Shown piece after piece: positions 18,880 through 27,968 of a stretch of DNA of 40,861 bases (position 1 is its first letter; the number at the start of each line of letters is the position of its first letter). The notes beneath the pieces are model-generated. The model saw only the letters and a list, made by a program, of their open reading frames with translations, was not told where the DNA came from and searched no databases. The position numbers and the translations under genes are program-made. The DNA comes from a virus, in UHGV virus genome UHGV-0129603; one strand, written 5' to 3'.

Positions 18880-19344
18880 ATGGAATTACAAGACTATATA
18901 ATAAAGAATGATACAAAGTGTGAATGTGGACACCAATTTGATATACATGATATGAAGAAATTACAAAGATTATCTGAACCAATTTATGGTGGAGCAGTAA
19001 AACACGTTGATGAAATAAAATGTCCTGAGTGTGGTAAAGATACTTTACTATTAATTAAACAACAAGGACAAACATACATAGTTAAAGATATTGCACAAAA
19101 ATTAAATGAAAGTATTGATGTAATTGCAGAAAATTTAAATGAAAATACGGAAGCAGTTGCAGATATTTCAAAGGAAAATACAGAAGAAGCGGATACAATA
19201 ATTATAGATAACAATGTAGACGTGACAATCCAAAATGAGCCATCATGTGAAGTAAGTAATGAAATTATATGCCCAGTGTGCAATAAAACATTTAAGAGCA
19301 AAGCTGGACTTACAGCACACATGAAAACTCATGAAAATAAATAG
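18880..19344 (+). CDS. Zinc-ribbon plus C2H2 zinc-finger protein
   Basis: CECG...CPECG and CPVCNKTFKSKAGLTAHMKTH. Confidence 0.85.
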   Translation: MELQDYIIKNDTKCECGHQFDIHDMKKLQRLSEPIYGGAVKHVDEIKCPECGKDTLLLIKQQGQTYIVKDIAQKLNESIDVIAENLNENTEAVADISKENTEEADTIIIDNNVDVTIQNEPSCEVSNEIICPVCNKTFKSKAGLTAHMKTHENK

Positions 19345-19443
19345 TTATTAATTTTTTAAATTATAAATTAGAGCAGATAAGCTGGCTAAAAATCAAAAAA
19401 TGTAGAGGACAAAACCTGGCTAAAAATGGAAGGGAGAACACAC

Positions 19444-20244
19444 ATGGAGAATGAACACGAAGGAATTAATTTAGAAACGGTTAATTCAGAAGAAGATTCT
19501 ATTACTTTACCTGGAGTACAAGAAGAAGTAGTTGATGTAGAAGATAATACTAATACAGAAACAAAAAATAATCTTGAAACTACTCCAGTAGATGAAGAGA
19601 AAGAGAATCTAAAAAAAGGTGTAAATTATGAGCGAAAACTGAGAAAGGAAGCCGAGAAGAAAGTAAAAGACTTAGAATCAAGACTTACAGCATTAGAAGA
19701 AGCGAATAAAAAGCCTGAAAAGACCACATTAGATGAACTAGTTGAAAGCGGAGTAGATGCAGATATTGCTAAGTCTATTGCTAGTGCAATAGATAAAAAA
19801 CAATCTAGTTCTACAAAAGTCGAGAAAGAACTTGCAGATATGAAGTTTAAATATGAGTTATCTGAGAAGTCTAAAGACAGTAATTTTTCTGACATATTAG
19901 ATTATGAAGATGAGATAAAGTCTCTAGTTGATAAAGGGCTATCTATTGAACAATCTTATTATGCAGTTAATTACAACAAAGCAAAAACAAGTAATACCAA
20001 AAGCGAGATAGAGCGCAAAGTTGAAGCAAAAATGCAAAATAATCAAGCTAGAAAAGAAATTCTAGGAAATATCAATTCTAATGCAGGTGGAGCAGTAGAT
20101 GATACTAAAGGAAAACCTAAGGCAACAGCTACTGAAATTGCCATGGCAAGACTTGCAGGAATGGATATAGATGACTATTTAGCAGCAAAAAATGCTGAAT
20201 CTATCAAGCAATATGACAATTACTTAAAGCAAAAAACAAAGTGA
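19444..20244 (+). CDS. Capsid scaffolding protein
   Basis: Acidic N-terminus, coiled-coil, immediately upstream of capsid. Confidence 0.8.
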   Translation: MENEHEGINLETVNSEEDSITLPGVQEEVVDVEDNTNTETKNNLETTPVDEEKENLKKGVNYERKLRKEAEKKVKDLESRLTALEEANKKPEKTTLDELVESGVDADIAKSIASAIDKKQSSSTKVEKELADMKFKYELSEKSKDSNFSDILDYEDEIKSLVDKGLSIEQSYYAVNYNKAKTSNTKSEIERKVEAKMQNNQARKEILGNINSNAGGAVDDTKGKPKATATEIAMARLAGMDIDDYLAAKNAESIKQYDNYLKQKTK

Positions 20245-20295
20245 TTTTATTTTTCCTATATTTACTAAAATTTGAAATATAGGAGTGATTTAATT

Positions 20296-21222
20296 ATGGC
20301 ACCAACAACGGCAGCAATGATGACTAGAGGAAACTTTGCAGAACTATTAACACCAGTTCATAAAAAGATATTCTTTGAGTCTTATAATGAAGTACCACAA
20401 GTGTACAAAAAAATATTTAAAACTGAAAAAATGACAGGTAAGAAACAAAGCTACCCTCATTTAGGAGCTTTTGGTTTGTGGAAACAAAACACAGAAGGAA
20501 GCAAATTTAATCATGACAAGTTTGATGAAGGCGAAGTTGCATCTTTTGAAGCAAAAAGATATGACAAAGCATATCAACTTACATGGGAACTTGTACAAGA
20601 TGATTTGTATAATGTAATGAAAGGTATTGGTCAAGGCGGTTCTGCTAAAGGCCTAGGTAGAGGATTAAGAGCTACTGAGGAAACAGAAACAGCAAAAGTA
20701 ATATCTGGCGGATTCACTAATGTTGGATACGATGGAAAAGCTTTATTCGCAGCAGACCACCCTCTTATAAATTCTGAGGACACTTGCTCTAACCTAATTG
20801 AAGGAGCTTTAACAGATGAGAATTTAAAGAAGGCTATGACTTTAATGAGAAAACAAAAGGACGAGGCTGGTATATTAATATCTGCATCTGCTAAGCAATT
20901 AGTAGTATGCCCAGAATTAGAATTTACAGCTAAAGCAATAGTAAATTCTATTAAACAATCTGGAACAAACTTCAATGATATTAATACAATACCAAACTTA
21001 GAAGTTGTTGTTTGGGATAACTTATCTGACGATACAGGTGTTACAAAACCTTGGTTCATACAAGATACATCTTTCGATAACTTACTATTCCTAAGAAGAG
21101 AAGAACCAATATTCGGAAGTGAAAAAATCCAAGATCAAATGGATTACAACATGTATGGGTATACAAGATTTGACGTAGGATACTGCGATTGGAGAGGATT
21201 AGTAGGTTCTAAAGGTGTTTAG
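20296..21222 (+). CDS. Major capsid protein (Mu gpT-like HK97 fold)
   Basis: TWELVQDDLY, GYDGKALFAADHPL, LVVCPELE, RFDVGYCDWRG. Confidence 0.9.
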   Translation: MAPTTAAMMTRGNFAELLTPVHKKIFFESYNEVPQVYKKIFKTEKMTGKKQSYPHLGAFGLWKQNTEGSKFNHDKFDEGEVASFEAKRYDKAYQLTWELVQDDLYNVMKGIGQGGSAKGLGRGLRATEETETAKVISGGFTNVGYDGKALFAADHPLINSEDTCSNLIEGALTDENLKKAMTLMRKQKDEAGILISASAKQLVVCPELEFTAKAIVNSIKQSGTNFNDINTIPNLEVVVWDNLSDDTGVTKPWFIQDTSFDNLLFLRREEPIFGSEKIQDQMDYNMYGYTRFDVGYCDWRGLVGSKGV

Positions 21223-21231
21223 ACATATTAT

Positions 21232-21268
21232 GGGGAGGCAATATAAGAACGCTTCCCCTTATTTTTTT
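21232..21268 (+). terminator. Intrinsic terminator after capsid gene
   Basis: GGGGAGGC/GCTTCCCC stem plus T-run. Confidence 0.8.
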
Positions 21269-21284
21269 AAAGGAGGAACACAAA

Positions 21285-23358
21285 ATGAATACATCTTATG
21301 AGAAAATAAGCAAGAATAATACAAGTTCACAAGGTAAGACAGACAGTAACTTATCTAATGATAGCAATCATCTAGGTGGAGTTTCTGCAGAAGAGTATGC
21401 TACAAAAAAATATGTACAAGACTATCATAATAACAAAGAGCAGAAACAGAAAGAATACATAGATAATCAAGACGTAAAAACGCTAGAAAAGGCAAAAGAA
21501 CATGCTAATAGTTTAGTACGAAATCAAGATTTTAGCAGTTTTGCAAAAAATACAGACATAAAAGCATTAAATACAAAACTATCTAATGAAATAAGTACTG
21601 GATTAGCAGGGCAACAAACTTATACTAATAACAAAGTACAAGGTGTCGTAAATGATGTAAATAATAATTTTAAAAATGTAAATGCAGCAATAAACAATCT
21701 TAATACAAGCCAAAAAGAGCTTTTTCAATCTGTCAGTGATGGTAAGAATAAAATAGCAGGGGCTATTACTGACAAAGGAGTTATTACCTCTGCTAATGAC
21801 ACTTTTGATACTATGGCTACAAATATTAGAAATATTCCTAAAAGTGGCTCTGGAGAAATACCAGAAGGATATGTTAACACAAGTGATGCAACGGCACAAG
21901 ATACAGATATACTTAGAGGTAAAACGGCTTATGTAAATGGTAAAAAAGTATATGGAAAATTCACATACACTGGTGATAACAGTAAAGGCGAGTATAATCC
22001 TAGTGCACCATATCCTACAACTGGAGAAGTTGAAATTGTATATGCACCTAAGGAAAATGTAGTACAGGTAAATAGAATAGGAATAAATAAGTATAGCATT
22101 CTTGATATATCTAATGATGGAAGAATCTTAATTGGATATAACGAAGAAGAAAAAACTATTGAAACAATAGCAAGATATGGAGACAGTTTTGTTGGCTATG
22201 AGTGCAATAAAAACACATTTGCAGATTTAGGCATAGAGGAAAATGAAAATTATACTTTATCAGATATAAAGTTTAGTTCAATGTTCGCAGGAGGATACGA
22301 ATGTAGGGTTGCAATTTTATTTACGAAGATAGCTACTGAAGAGTCTTTAAGTGATACACTTTGTTATGTATACAAATTTAATACTAGAAGTGAAAAATTT
22401 ATTATAGATAATCAAAATGTTGAAATTGGGAGTGATGGCAATACTACAACTTATACAAGATATTCAACATGGAAAATTGAAAGTAAGAATAAATCTACAA
22501 AAAAAATCTGGCAAGGTATTCTTGTTTGGAGTCCTTACAGCTATACATTAGCAATAAAGTATTCTGACGAAAGACGGAGTTATAGAAATATATAGGTTCC
22601 GTGATTTTTTAGGTGCTTCTTTTGATGCAAGTAATGCTGTTACTTTGCAAGATAGTATTCAGTTTGGTAGTGAACTTTGGGGCTCTGGCTTAAGAAAATT
22701 GAGCTTTGTTAATATGGATAGGCTACTTTTTATTGAATATACAGACAGTTATGGAGGATCTCATTCAGAAATTTTTTATAAAGTTTATGATGAGAATTTT
22801 ACACCTATTCGAACTGTTTCAGCTCCTAAAGCTTTTTATGCTATAACAAATGATGGATTATATGCTTTAGCTGATGGTGCAAGTAGTCTTTATGCATTAA
22901 CAATTGATTATAACGGGAATAAAGATATAAGTGCAACAAAGATATGTGACACTAATATAGGAGTATCTAAATATGATGGTTCAAACTATTTCTTTTCTCA
23001 AGACAATAAATATTTGATTGTTTATGGTACAGTTATGTGGGTGTTTGCAGTAGACTTAGAGAAACAAACATTTACTAAAATATACGAATCAACATATGAA
23101 GATTCAACAATTGTTCCACTTTCAAATTATAAAAGTTTTATCACGAAATCTGGTAGTCAAAATTATTTAATAGAAACAATTCCAGACGGAAAGACAATAA
23201 TAGGTGTAAGATACCAAGGCGAAACTTTTTATAGATATATAACTCACCCAGGTAGATTTTCAGCACAACAATCTGATGTTAGAGTTGGAAAAACATTTAT
23301 TGGTTATAGCGGTATTCCTCAAACAGGAACTGCCGAAGATTTGGAGGTAACACAATGA
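21285..23358 (+). CDS. Tail fibre or receptor-binding protein, split by a +1 shift at CGG 22575 (about 690 aa fused)
   Basis: LFQSVSDGKNKIAGAITDKG and DATA..DIL.GKTAYVNG fibre motifs; +1 frame open from 22558 to 23358, no RBS before 22645. Confidence 0.75.
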
Positions 23359-23879
23359 TAAATGAATTAAAAATGCAAGAATTAAAAGATTTATTTTTTT
23401 ATACATTTGGAATAGTTCCACTGCAAAATTATAATACTATAGGCGATGGAATGACTGATAATAGATTGAAGATACAGCAAGCTATATACGATGCAATTGA
23501 AGTTGGAGTCAAGTATATATTTGTCCCAAGAGGCAATTATTATTATTCGAATACCTTGTTTAAGAAAGATGATGTAATATTCGTTGGAAATAACGCAGAT
23601 ACATATATAAAAGACGTCGAAATAAGACAATTTCCAGATTTGTGGAATGAAGCACAAGCAAGTTCAAGTGCGTTAGTACCAGTTGGTGGAGTTATTCTTT
23701 ATGCTGGTACGAATATTCCTACTAATTACTTAGAATGTAATGGAAAAACAGTTAATACATCTGATTATTCGAGTTTATATGAAGCCTTAAATGGTACTAA
23801 TAATCAAAAAGATACCTTTGCGATTCCTAATTTAACAACTGGCAATGCTAATACTAAGTATATAATTCGTGCAAAATAG
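23355..23879 (+). CDS. Tail protein with tail-collar-like domain
   Basis: GDGMTDN..IQQAI N-terminal motif; PVGGVILYAG...YLECNG...FAIPNL. Confidence 0.8.
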   Translation: MINELKMQELKDLFFYTFGIVPLQNYNTIGDGMTDNRLKIQQAIYDAIEVGVKYIFVPRGNYYYSNTLFKKDDVIFVGNNADTYIKDVEIRQFPDLWNEAQASSSALVPVGGVILYAGTNIPTNYLECNGKTVNTSDYSSLYEALNGTNNQKDTFAIPNLTTGNANTKYIIRAK

Positions 23880-23892
23880 GAGGTGCGAGAAT

Positions 23893-24543
23893 ATGTCAAT
23901 TGTAAGCAGAACAACAGTAAGACAAATATTAGATGATATTCAAATAAGACTACCTCATTCATATGATGAGTCTAGTCTATTTTTATGGATAAATGAAACA
24001 ATGAAACAGATTTACAAGGATTTAGCTATACAAAGCCAATATTCGTTTACTACTAGAAATGGTCAAGAACAATATGTATTGCCTGAGGATTGTAGCATAG
24101 ATATGATTAATAGTGTGACTATATCCGAGAAAGCAAGAAACCAGAATAATCCTTATGACTGGGGAAACTTTAAAGAGATAATTTCATATTTACCAAATGA
24201 CAAAATGGATAGCCCTGGATATTATGATGGAAGAGAAGGTACTATTGGAATTTTTCCAACTCCAACGGATACAAGGAAAGTAGATATCTACTATATGAAG
24301 AAACCTCAAATGGTGACTTCCGAAGACGATTATATAGAATTAGACGATAACTATATAGATTTAGTAAAGTATAATCTTATGACTATTATAGCTTTATCCG
24401 GACACAATCCAGATATTGAATTGGCTAATGAATATACATTGCTATATAACAATCTAGTTCAAAAGGCTAATGAAAACAAGAATGAGCAACAACAGAGATA
24501 TCCAACAATAAGAACCGTTGCAGTACATAAAAGGAGGAGATAA
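23893..24543 (+). CDS. Head-tail adaptor protein
   Basis: WINE..., Y.LP.D, IFPTP motifs; position before nozzle-like gene. Confidence 0.7.
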   Translation: MSIVSRTTVRQILDDIQIRLPHSYDESSLFLWINETMKQIYKDLAIQSQYSFTTRNGQEQYVLPEDCSIDMINSVTISEKARNQNNPYDWGNFKEIISYLPNDKMDSPGYYDGREGTIGIFPTPTDTRKVDIYYMKKPQMVTSEDDYIELDDNYIDLVKYNLMTIIALSGHNPDIELANEYTLLYNNLVQKANENKNEQQQRYPTIRTVAVHKRRR

Positions 24544-24545
24544 TT

Positions 24546-26072
24546 ATGCAGACAAATCCATACCTGCAGAATGTACAGGTAAAAAGTAGTAATTTAATTA
24601 GTTATCTTGCTGGCGGTATTTCAAATGTTTATCCTCCTCAAAACATACAAGATGATGAGTGCCAAGATATGTATAATATGTGTCTAGATATTTATCCAGC
24701 TATAAGAACCAGAGTTGGAAGAACCATGCTAAAAAATCCTGGCTTAAAAGGAAATACTATAAAATACTTTGAAGTTGCCGGAATTAAGTATCTATTCTAT
24801 ATCCAGGGCGAAGAACTAAAAGACATGAATGGTACTGTAATTGCACAAGGTATAAAAGGCACAAATTTTCGTCACGTATACTATGCAGATGGTAATAATG
24901 AATATTTAATTTTATACGGAGATGGTGTTACTCCCACAAGACATAAGCTCCCTTTATCAGCTGTAAATACTCCAGAAATAGTTCCCATGCCAGAAGGTGT
25001 AACATTTGAACATATGTGTTATCACAAAAATAGAATGATTGCCAGCCAAGGGAATATGCTTTATTTTTCTGCATTACAAAATCCTATGGATTGGAGTAGT
25101 ACGGAGAATAGTAGACAAGATAGGGTGGAGAACTGTAACCAGATTACTGGACTTGTCAGTTTTGATGACAAGTTGATAGTTTTTAGCGAAGAAAATATGC
25201 ACTTATATTATGGCTCAAATGTAATTGCAGGAAATACGGACTCATATACGTGTGTGTCTTTAGATAATAATATAGGCTGTTATGACCAATGTACAATAAA
25301 GGTTCATAATAGTCTTTTATATTGGTTATATGGTCGCAACATATACGAATATGACGGAAGTTCTATACGAGTAATATCGGAACCAGCAAGCAATAATGGC
25401 GTAACTGGCGGAGTTAAAAAGTTTCTATATGGAATTACTATAAATGAAGCAAAAAACATATCAGTCTCTGCAAGTGAAAATAAGGTCTACTTTTGGTTCA
25501 AAGATTATAAGTTCTTTTTAGTTTTTGACCAAAGACTTAGAAAATGGACTAAAGAATTACAACCTAGTAATGTTAGTGATGAATTAGACTATGTAAGTAT
25601 ATGCGACGCATATGCAGACTTAAATTTTAGCCAAACGCCTAATCCAATTTATGCTTTAACTGCTAATGGCACTATATATGAGATAACTGGTGGAAGAAAA
25701 GATGGAATAAATTATATACAAACATATGGTAAAGATGAATTTACTGATAAAGATGACGTTGTATATAAAGAAGCAATACCATTCTATTTAAAAACAAAAG
25801 AATTTAAAAATGGAGTATTAAGTAGAAAAAAATCACTGTCCCAGTTATGGTTTAATTATGATCTAGACGGAACTGTAAACATAAAGGTTATAACAAATGA
25901 CGGGAAAACCAAAGAAATAAAAAATGCTTTGCCAAAAGGAAATAACCGAACTGAATGTGTACTTATTCCTAATGATATGCAGAATGTGGACAGCTATACA
26001 TTTGAAATATATGGGGAAGGAGATATTACTATCTATGCTATGGAAAGAATAGATAGGACACACCCAAGATAA
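24546..26072 (+). CDS. Tail nozzle or stabilization protein (P22 gp10-like beta-propeller)
   Basis: 508 aa beta-rich; LYFSAL.NP.DW, ITGL, IGC motifs. Confidence 0.7.
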   Translation: MQTNPYLQNVQVKSSNLISYLAGGISNVYPPQNIQDDECQDMYNMCLDIYPAIRTRVGRTMLKNPGLKGNTIKYFEVAGIKYLFYIQGEELKDMNGTVIAQGIKGTNFRHVYYADGNNEYLILYGDGVTPTRHKLPLSAVNTPEIVPMPEGVTFEHMCYHKNRMIASQGNMLYFSALQNPMDWSSTENSRQDRVENCNQITGLVSFDDKLIVFSEENMHLYYGSNVIAGNTDSYTCVSLDNNIGCYDQCTIKVHNSLLYWLYGRNIYEYDGSSIRVISEPASNNGVTGGVKKFLYGITINEAKNISVSASENKVYFWFKDYKFFLVFDQRLRKWTKELQPSNVSDELDYVSICDAYADLNFSQTPNPIYALTANGTIYEITGGRKDGINYIQTYGKDEFTDKDDVVYKEAIPFYLKTKEFKNGVLSRKKSLSQLWFNYDLDGTVNIKVITNDGKTKEIKNALPKGNNRTECVLIPNDMQNVDSYTFEIYGEGDITIYAMERIDRTHPR

Positions 26073-26305
26073 TGTATTTTAGACAGTATTCGACAAATGA
26101 GGATACTTTAAAAGAATGGGCAAAGCAATTAAATGTAGTAAATAAAGGAAACTACCCATTATATGAAACAGTAGATAAAACTCTTAACCATTGGAAGATT
26201 TTACTTAATAGAAATGTTGGAGTAAATACATTTGGCATAAGCAGTACTAATGAGTCTACTATCTATAATTGGAAAGAAAAATTAAATAATATTTATAACA
26301 AGTGA
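26072..26305 (+). CDS. Small virion-associated hypothetical protein
   Basis: 77 aa with three TLxxW...LN repeats. Confidence 0.7.
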   Translation: MYFRQYSTNEDTLKEWAKQLNVVNKGNYPLYETVDKTLNHWKILLNRNVGVNTFGISSTNESTIYNWKEKLNNIYNK

Positions 26306-26319
26306 AAGGAGAGAGAGTA

Positions 26320-27951
26320 ATGGCTAATAATATATTTTCGGCTACTAATAACCCAGTAACTAATGTACAGCAGGTAAGCAATAATACTGCTGTACAAGCA
26401 AATCAGGCAATGGCACAAACAGCAAGACAGGCTCAACCACAACAAACTCAAGTACAGCAAAATCAAACAGCAACTGTTGAAACAAGTCCAGTAACTATTC
26501 CTATACAAATACAGCCACAAATTGCAACTACAAGTGGAAATGTTAATTCACAACAAGCTAATATGCAAAATTTACAAACTAATAATCAAAATGTTTCGAG
26601 TGCACCAACACCACAGACATACGATTCCAGTAATACAAATACTAATGTTGTAGATTTTAATCAAATTTATAATGGTTATCAACAACAATATGGTAAATAC
26701 AATAATACTCAGAACACCAACTCTAACTACAATAGTGGTGTTAAAAAGACAAGCATTGGTACAACTATTGTTACACCTACTGTACAAAATATTAATAGTG
26801 TTGAAGGGCAATATCAAAGTGCGTATGCGGATACAATTAACGGAATAATTGGCGAAATGTTGAACCAAATGAATAAGGGATTTGAATATGAACCAACCCA
26901 GGACAATAGCTTAAAGGTTGCAACAGAATATGCTGCTAATACTACATTACAGAGTTTAGCTGGAAGTGGAGTACTTAATTCAAGTGCAACAGCTGAAAGA
27001 GTTGCAAGAATTGTTGGAGAGCTAATACCACAATACGAAGAAAAAGCACATAGTAGATGGATTGAATATTTAGGACAATTAGCAGATACAGCACAAGTTG
27101 TAATGAGCTATGACTCACAACAATTTCAATATTGGAAAGACGCAAAGGACAGAGAATTTGAGAACAAACAATTTGAATGGAAAAAGAAAGAGCAAGAACT
27201 TGAAGATGCATGGAAAAGGGTAGATGAGCTTGGCTATGTAGATAATGGAGCAAGCACAATCCTTGGAGTATCTGTTGGTACTTTAAGTAAAGATGCGAGA
27301 GAAGCTAAGGAAGAACGCGAATTTGAGTTGAAGAAAATGCAAGAGCAGGCACAATTAGAATATGAGAATAATAAAGCATTGTATCAATTAAGAGCAGAAC
27401 TTGACAAAGAACAAACAGATTATGAATATCAGCTATCTGTAAAATATGGTGGTTCAAAAACAAGTTCAAGTAGTAATTCAAACTACAGCAGATATGACGA
27501 AATAATTAGAAATAGGTATGCCTCATATGATAAGATGAACAAGCAGTATGTTGTACCAGATGAAAATACTTATAATGAACTAGGTAAATATTTAGATAGT
27601 TTAAGTGCCAGTGGTGCAATTGATGATGAAACTTTGGCACAGTTGGCTGCAAAATATTCTAAATATAATAAAAACAGTACAATCAATAATACTACAATGA
27701 ATTCAGGGCTGTCAGATGATAATTTATCTACCTGGATAAAAGCATTAGATGGAAATAATAAAGCACTTGATACCTTAGGCGTTACAATCTGGGGACAGAA
27801 AAAATCTAATGTAAACAATAACGATGCCAAAAGTGCAGTCAATAAGGCTCTTAATGAGATAACGGAAGGAACTTATATATTTACTACTAATCAGGAATTA
27901 ATGAATGACCTAAAAAATGAACGTTTTGGGAAACTACGTTGGGGACTATAG
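26320..27951 (+). CDS. Putative internal virion (ejection) protein
   Basis: Q/N/T-rich N-terminus, LAGSGVLNSS motif, coiled-coil; precedes giant gene. Confidence 0.65.
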   Translation: MANNIFSATNNPVTNVQQVSNNTAVQANQAMAQTARQAQPQQTQVQQNQTATVETSPVTIPIQIQPQIATTSGNVNSQQANMQNLQTNNQNVSSAPTPQTYDSSNTNTNVVDFNQIYNGYQQQYGKYNNTQNTNSNYNSGVKKTSIGTTIVTPTVQNINSVEGQYQSAYADTINGIIGEMLNQMNKGFEYEPTQDNSLKVATEYAANTTLQSLAGSGVLNSSATAERVARIVGELIPQYEEKAHSRWIEYLGQLADTAQVVMSYDSQQFQYWKDAKDREFENKQFEWKKKEQELEDAWKRVDELGYVDNGASTILGVSVGTLSKDAREAKEEREFELKKMQEQAQLEYENNKALYQLRAELDKEQTDYEYQLSVKYGGSKTSSSSNSNYSRYDEIIRNRYASYDKMNKQYVVPDENTYNELGKYLDSLSASGAIDDETLAQLAAKYSKYNKNSTINNTTMNSGLSDDNLSTWIKALDGNNKALDTLGVTIWGQKKSNVNNNDAKSAVNKALNEITEGTYIFTTNQELMNDLKNERFGKLRWGL

Positions 27952-27968
27952 AAAGGAGCCAAGAGTAA

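Noticed and set aside
6581..23358. Calling the three split genes pseudogenes of a decayed prophage
   Set aside because: No other lesions of this kind, all are +1, all coincide with CGG, and downstream halves are intact. Sequencing error is not excluded.
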